A stretch of DNA of 64,000 nucleotides from the NCBI RefSeq assembly GCF_018350175.1, contig NC_058377.1:108004001-108068000 (forward strand), written 5' to 3'. This stretch comes from Felis catus (lineage: Eukaryota). Position 1 is the first letter of the stretch. Each line of letters starts with the position of its first letter. Shown piece by piece: positions 59,785-64,000 of this stretch. A program made the position numbers and the translations under genes. The notes under the pieces are model-generated. The model saw only the letters and a program-made list of their open reading frames with translations, was not told the origin of the DNA and did not search any database.

Positions 59785-60812
59785 TGGAGGCGTTTCCCCT
59801 CTGGAGAAGAAAGCAGTTTTTAAGACTGAACTTACTTGATTCCCCCTCCTAATCTGTGGTTTATCCAACTTTTAAGGGCAGAATCCACAGCAGGTTCCAA
59901 AATCGCATTGAGGGGCAGAGATGTGGTCCCTGTCCTAAAGGAGCTTATTTGTGGTAGAGTGGGCGTGATAACCCACACAAACCGTGGCAAGTGTCCTGAA
60001 GACCATCCATGGCACCCATCAAGGTGAGCTCTGGTTCTTCAGCCCCTCACCCCCATCTAGTCCCAGCCTCAGTAAGTTGTATTTATCTCAGTGTGGGTCG
60101 CTTCGTTCCCTACCAAGATCTGGATGGATTTGAGGCCCTTTGAGTCTGCTCTTTCTCTCCATCCCCACGACCACTGGTCTAAGCTACCGGTCCCTTAACT
60201 GGTTTCTGTTCTTGCCAGCTGTCCGGAAAAATCAGGCAGAGAAAGTACTGGATCACAAGTCAGATCACATCAGGCACTTGCTTAAAACCTTTCCCTGTAC
60301 TCGGGCGACGTTCCACTGGCACTTGGACTCAAACCCAAACTCCTGCATGTTAACAATACCACATAGCTTTGCACACTGTTCTGGCTGGAACTCTGGTCAT
60401 CTCACTTGGCAGGTTGCTTCAGGTGTCACACATCCCATCTTCAGAGCCCTTCCCTAGGATGTTATGTCTGCCCACCACCCCCTGCCCCTCTTTCATTACA
60501 ACACCCTGCTGACTTTCTTTGAGGCTCTAGCACTTGAAACTAACTAGCTTCTGCACTTAGCCCAGGAGAATCCAAACTCCTAGAAGGGAGGGGACGTCTT
60601 TTTTCTAGAAAGATTACTGGAGATAAAAATAGCCAATATACTTGCACACTTTCTATCTGGCAAGTACTGATCTCAGTCTTTCACATCCTTTATTAGTCTC
60701 CACAGCAACTCCGATGATGACAGAGATTAAATAAGTAGTTTGTCAGAAAATAAATGCAACGAGGATTAAAACTCAAGGCAGTCCAAGTCTAGATCCCGAG
60801 GTCTTTACCTCA

Positions 60813-61270
60813 TGTTATACTGTATTCCAAGAACAAGCAGATTGAAAAACCTTATCAAAACAAGTGGGTACCCACATAGCTAAGGGACCTTGAAATGAAT
60901 CCCAGAGAATTCCGCTTCTGGGAACACAGAAACAACCCACCTGACCTGTGATTAGGTGAGCAAAGTTACACAATGCCAAAGTAATCAGGCAATGCTTTCT
61001 GTACAAGCCGCTTTTGGGCAACAAACAGGCCCATCAGACGACCCAGCTCAAAATATCCATACGTCTTGGCTGACCAGTGGGCTACTTGCAGCCAGGCACA
61101 GGTACCAAAAAAAGAACATTCCATACATTCCCCTACCTCCTCACCTTATCCCAGCCCTCCCTCCCTTGCACTGTGTTCAATAAACTTCTATCTCCTTTGT
61201 TCTGCCTGGGGTGAATTCTTTACACTGCTTTGCCCAAGTCACTGGCCTCCACCCAATCGGGTCACCCCAC
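60813..61270 (+). mobile_element. Probable solo LTR
   Basis: LTR-like organisation with TTCAATAAACTTCTATCTCCTTTGTTCTGCC...GAATTCTTT in the R/U5 position. TSD not resolved, so ends are approximate. Confidence 0.6.
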
Positions 61271-61691
61271 CTTTCTAAAGTGGGGACAGGCCCGACCCTT
61301 GCCAAGGACTCCACTAAGGCCATACATGGCTGGTCCCATCTCCAAGGGAAGGTCAGAATGGCCCTCCTGATAGATCTACTATTCAAACCCCTCTCCTTTA
61401 CCACGGCCTCCATAATCCTCCCACGATTCTTGCCACCTTCTGTTTAAAGAACAACAACAAAAAAGGACTCGGGAGAATTACCGAGTTATTTTCACGGCAA
61501 GCCTTTTCTTGTAGTTTATCACTTTTTGCCCATGCCAGCCCAAGGGTCCCTGCCTCTTCCAACTAGACGGTGCCAAGAAGCTAATGAACACACCACCGAC
61601 CCTGGGAGCCACGTATCCTCCCGCAGCCCTGCAAGTGAAGGTGAAACTATGAGATGTCTGGACTAAGTGGCTTTATTGGGGAATGCCGGGA

Positions 61692-62651
<960 letters not shown>

Positions 62652-62917
62652 GTCGGCGACTGAAGAAAGAAAGGCTTGTATGAGAAACAATGCTCTAGAG
62701 GGGTCGGGGGATGGGTGGTGGGCCGGGGCCGATCGCTCTGGGATTTAGGTGGTCGCGGGATCTCACGTGGGTAAGGCCGGGCCTTTCAGGGAGATCGGGT
62801 GGGGAACAGAACTTGGCCCTCAGAACAGCCCCTCTGCCTCTACTTTTCCCGTGCCCTCTGATCTCGCGGCCAACCTACTGTTAAGCTCCCCAGATCCAGC
62901 GGGGACCCAAATCTTAC

Positions 62918-63187
62918 CTGAACTACGGCCACCGCAGCCGCAACCACGAAGATGGAGTCGAGAAAGAGGAAGGAGGAAGGGCGCGCACGTCCTCACCGCC
63001 TGCTGCGTGCTACGTCACTGCTGAGCGACCGCGAAGGTCTCTGGTTTTTGTACGGCCCACCGCAGTCCTAGCTCCGCCTCTTTACGCTTTGCGCAGGCGT
63101 TCTTTCGGTCCGGGGCGGTGCGCTCCCGAAGGGGCGGAACCAGGCCGGTTGCGCGCGCAGAAGGCCAGCGTACGGGAGCGGTGCAAG
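62918..63187. promoter_or_regulatory. FAU/MRPL49 bidirectional CpG promoter with the FAU 5' TOP tract
   Basis: Minus-strand CCTTCCTCCTTCCTCTTTCT at 62980-62961; YY1-like AAGATGG at 62949-62955 and over the MRPL49 ATG; CRE-like TACGTCA at ~63011. Confidence 0.8.
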
Positions 63188-63265
63188 ATGGCAGCGTCCT
63201 TGTTCCGAGCTTCGCTGAGGGGCGGGAGAACCGGCGTCCAGCCGGGCTGCGGGCTACGGTGGCTG
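63188..63265 (+). CDS. MRPL49: Mitochondrial ribosomal protein L49, exon 1; gene continues beyond the right edge
   Basis: MAASLFRASLRGGRTGVQPGCGLRWL followed by a GTGAG donor. Arg-rich, acid-free mitochondrial presequence; head-to-head with FAU as in other mammals. Confidence 0.88.
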
Positions 63266-64000
63266 GTGAGGGCGCTGAGCCTGGAGGTGGGGGAAGAGGG
63301 CTGCGTGTGAGTCTGGTTGTTACTCCTGTAACCCTGGAGCTCACATACAAGGTTGAGAGGCAAGGTGCAGGGCTGACGACGCGCCCCTGTGTGTGGGGCT
63401 TGGATCCTGATTGGTGGACAGCTCGGGTTGGTCAGAACTGGGAGAGGCTACACATCAACGCTTGCTGCCTAATTTTAAAAAGGGATAGCCGTTTCACAGG
63501 GTAGGGGTCGGCCCCAGATCTTTGGCGACACTTAGGGAACCTGGGGTTCATGATATACAGGCCACTTCATTCTGCTTGTAACCCCGGGGCCCATCAGGAC
63601 TCCAGGATTATCTGTTGGAGGATGGAGAGACAGCGGAGAGTTACCTTAGGTAGACTGTTTATTAATGTCTTAATTTTTCCTAGGTGGAAAAAGGGGGTAA
63701 TAAAATACCTTACTGTGTCATTGTAGGAATTAACTCAAAACAATACCCATAATACATTTAGTCCAATGCCTGGCGGTGTTTATATGAGGCCAAAACGTTC
63801 CAGGTAAGCGAGGGTCACGTCAGATGATTGTGAGTGGCATCATCAAGATTGCTGAAAGTGCCTCATCCAGAACTAGAATATTTCAGCAGGATGTTTAGAG
63901 GAAACTTTAAAATACTGAAAAATGCTGTATTGGCCAGACTGACAGTGATTTGGCTTTGGGTTTTGAGTCCCACAGAAATCCCGAGAGAGGCAGATGCTTC

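Overview
Mammalian genomic DNA, almost certainly from a felid (dense tRNA-derived Can-SINEs of the feline type). It is syntenic with the human 11q13.1 cluster. Gene order: NAALADL1 (-, exons 1-6 only) | ~13 kb intergenic | CDCA5 (-) / ZFPL1 (+) head-to-head | TMEM262 (-) tail-to-tail with ZFPL1 | VPS51 (+) | TM7SF2 (+) | ZNHIT2 (-) | FAU (-) / MRPL49 (+, exon 1 only) head-to-head. I rebuilt exon structures by hand from GT-AG sites and reading-frame continuity, and the complete models give the expected protein lengths. The most notable unexplained signal is a spliced minus-strand gene candidate at ~10,470-12,470, between CDCA5 and NAALADL1. It has three phase-compatible exons encoding a leucine-zipper/heptad-repeat coiled coil, its own AATAAA, and a Kozak-ATG exon that is 1 nt out of frame at a G4 run. 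Other points: FAU exon 5 appears to fall inside a 140-N gap; VPS51 intron 2 holds a multi-layer nest of transposons; there are three solo LTRs and a probable fossil retroviral RT; several promoters are readable (CDE/CHR+E2F for CDCA5, HNF1+HNF4+TATA for NAALADL1). No database searches were run. Family assignments come from recall of known sequences, and repeat boundaries are approximate unless a TSD is quoted.
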